This document shows, one piece after another, positions 62,937-64,000 of a stretch of 64,000 bases of DNA (position 1 is its first letter; every line of letters begins with the position of its first letter). Origin of the DNA: Bispira polyomma (Eukaryota); contig OZ287751.1 in the NCBI GenBank assembly GCA_965649765.1, forward strand, positions 24,056,001-24,120,000. Reading direction: 5' to 3'. The notes under the pieces were generated by a model. The model was not told the DNA's origin. It ran no database searches and saw only the letters and a list, made by a program, of their open reading frames with translations. A program made the translations under genes and the position numbers.

Positions 62937-63389
62937 ACATACATAATGTAGTAATATACTACTTACAACAACACTAATTTAAAATACCACTTCACTTACT
63001 TACAACTGCACTAATTTACAACTACAGAATAAATAGGTAATGTACTAATATACTAATTAACTACACTAATAAAAACACTACTGCACTTACAACTACATTA
63101 ATTTAAATAACGACTGTACCTAAAACTACATGAATACATACATAATGTACTAGTATACTACCTACAACTACACCAATTTAAAATACCACTGCACTTACTT
63201 ACAACTACACTAATTTAAAATACCACTGCATTTACTTACTACAAAAAACAGACATAACATACTAATATAGTACATACACCTACACTAATTTAAAATATCA
63301 CTGCATTTACTTACAACTACACAAATTAAAAATACCACTGCACTTACCACATAATATATAGATAATGTACTAATATACTACCTACAACT

Positions 63390-63650
63390 TTTTTTTTTTT
63401 TTTTTAATTTGGATATTTAACGTCCACTCTAGTACTTGTTTAGGTTATATTGGGACGGGTAGTTGGAAACGCTGGAGGAAACACTGCATACAGTTGATCA
63501 AGGCTCTGCACTGAAACCAGCGGCCCACAGTAAGGAACTACCACCTTTCCCACATAGGCATTGACGGGATTCGAACTCACGCCGCCCAGAGGTGAGAGAC
63601 CAGTGATTGTGAAGCGCAATGCTTGCTTACCACTAGGCCACCGTGGCCCC
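63390..63650 (-). mobile_element. Young full-length tRNA-derived SINE with poly(A) tail and 13-bp TSD
   Basis: A box TGGCCTAGTGG, B box GTTCGAATCC; TSD ACTACCTACAACT at 63377-63389 and 63651-63663. Confidence 0.92.
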
Positions 63651-64000
63651 ACTACCTACAACTACCCTAATTTAAAATACAACTGTACTTATAGGTGAAC
63701 CAAAGGCAAAATTCAAAGTAAAATCTAAAACGCATGTATATACAACTGAATCGCCTTAAAAAATGTTTTGATAATCTATTTTTCACATAAGTTTGGTTTA
63801 AAACCTGATAAAAACAATTTTTTACATAATTTGGTAGCTCACAAAAGTTGGTTTGTTTACCTACAAAATTATCGGGTTTTTTGACAGCTCTAGAAACGAC
63901 CAAACCATAATTTATTGTCCAATTTTAATATTTTCATTTTTAGCTGTTATAGCTTGCAAAACGTCCGAAATTAGTCCAAACATAGTGAACCATTAGTTAC

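Larger units (their letters stand above)
61955..63690. repeat. AT-rich minisatellite (unit about 55 bp) in two opposite orientations, with two SINE insertions
   Basis: gtagttgtaaattagtgtacttgtaagtagtatattag… units at 61955-62692; reverse-complement units at 62937-63389 and 63651-63690. Confidence 0.9.

Noticed and set aside
63570-63650. tRNA genes at SINE heads
   Set aside because: A/B boxes are present but there is no cloverleaf, and each head is followed by a SINE body and tail.
62681-63652. Similar small ORFs 62681-62905 and 63440-63652 (also 40872-41120) as a peptide family
   Set aside because: They are chance frames within copies of a tRNA-derived SINE.

Overview
AT-rich, intron-rich animal genomic DNA; the SINE and MITE types suggest a lophotrochozoan such as a mollusc (inference). 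The window is dominated by one minus-strand gene encoding a FYVE, RhoGEF and PH domain-containing (FGD/frabin-family) protein. I reconstructed 17 phase-consistent GT-AG coding exons from ATG 53542 to TAA 5389 (3732 nt, 1243 aa): frabin-like N-terminal motif, long disordered region, DH, PH, degenerate FYVE, PH. The last three exons of a convergent plus-strand gene (Asp-box motif, ends ...WDTCC*) lie at 710-2976. Introns hold L2/CR1 LINE fragments, tRNA-derived SINEs, several MITE families, Helentron-type repeats, tandem duplications and a minisatellite that flips orientation at a SINE. The most unusual feature is repeated duplication of the FGD gene's own exon junctions, above all a 13-copy 63/61-bp array built from the end of the second FYVE exon plus its splice donor, giving a ladder of potential in-frame donors (+21 aa each). 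No rRNA, intact tRNA gene or CRISPR array was found.
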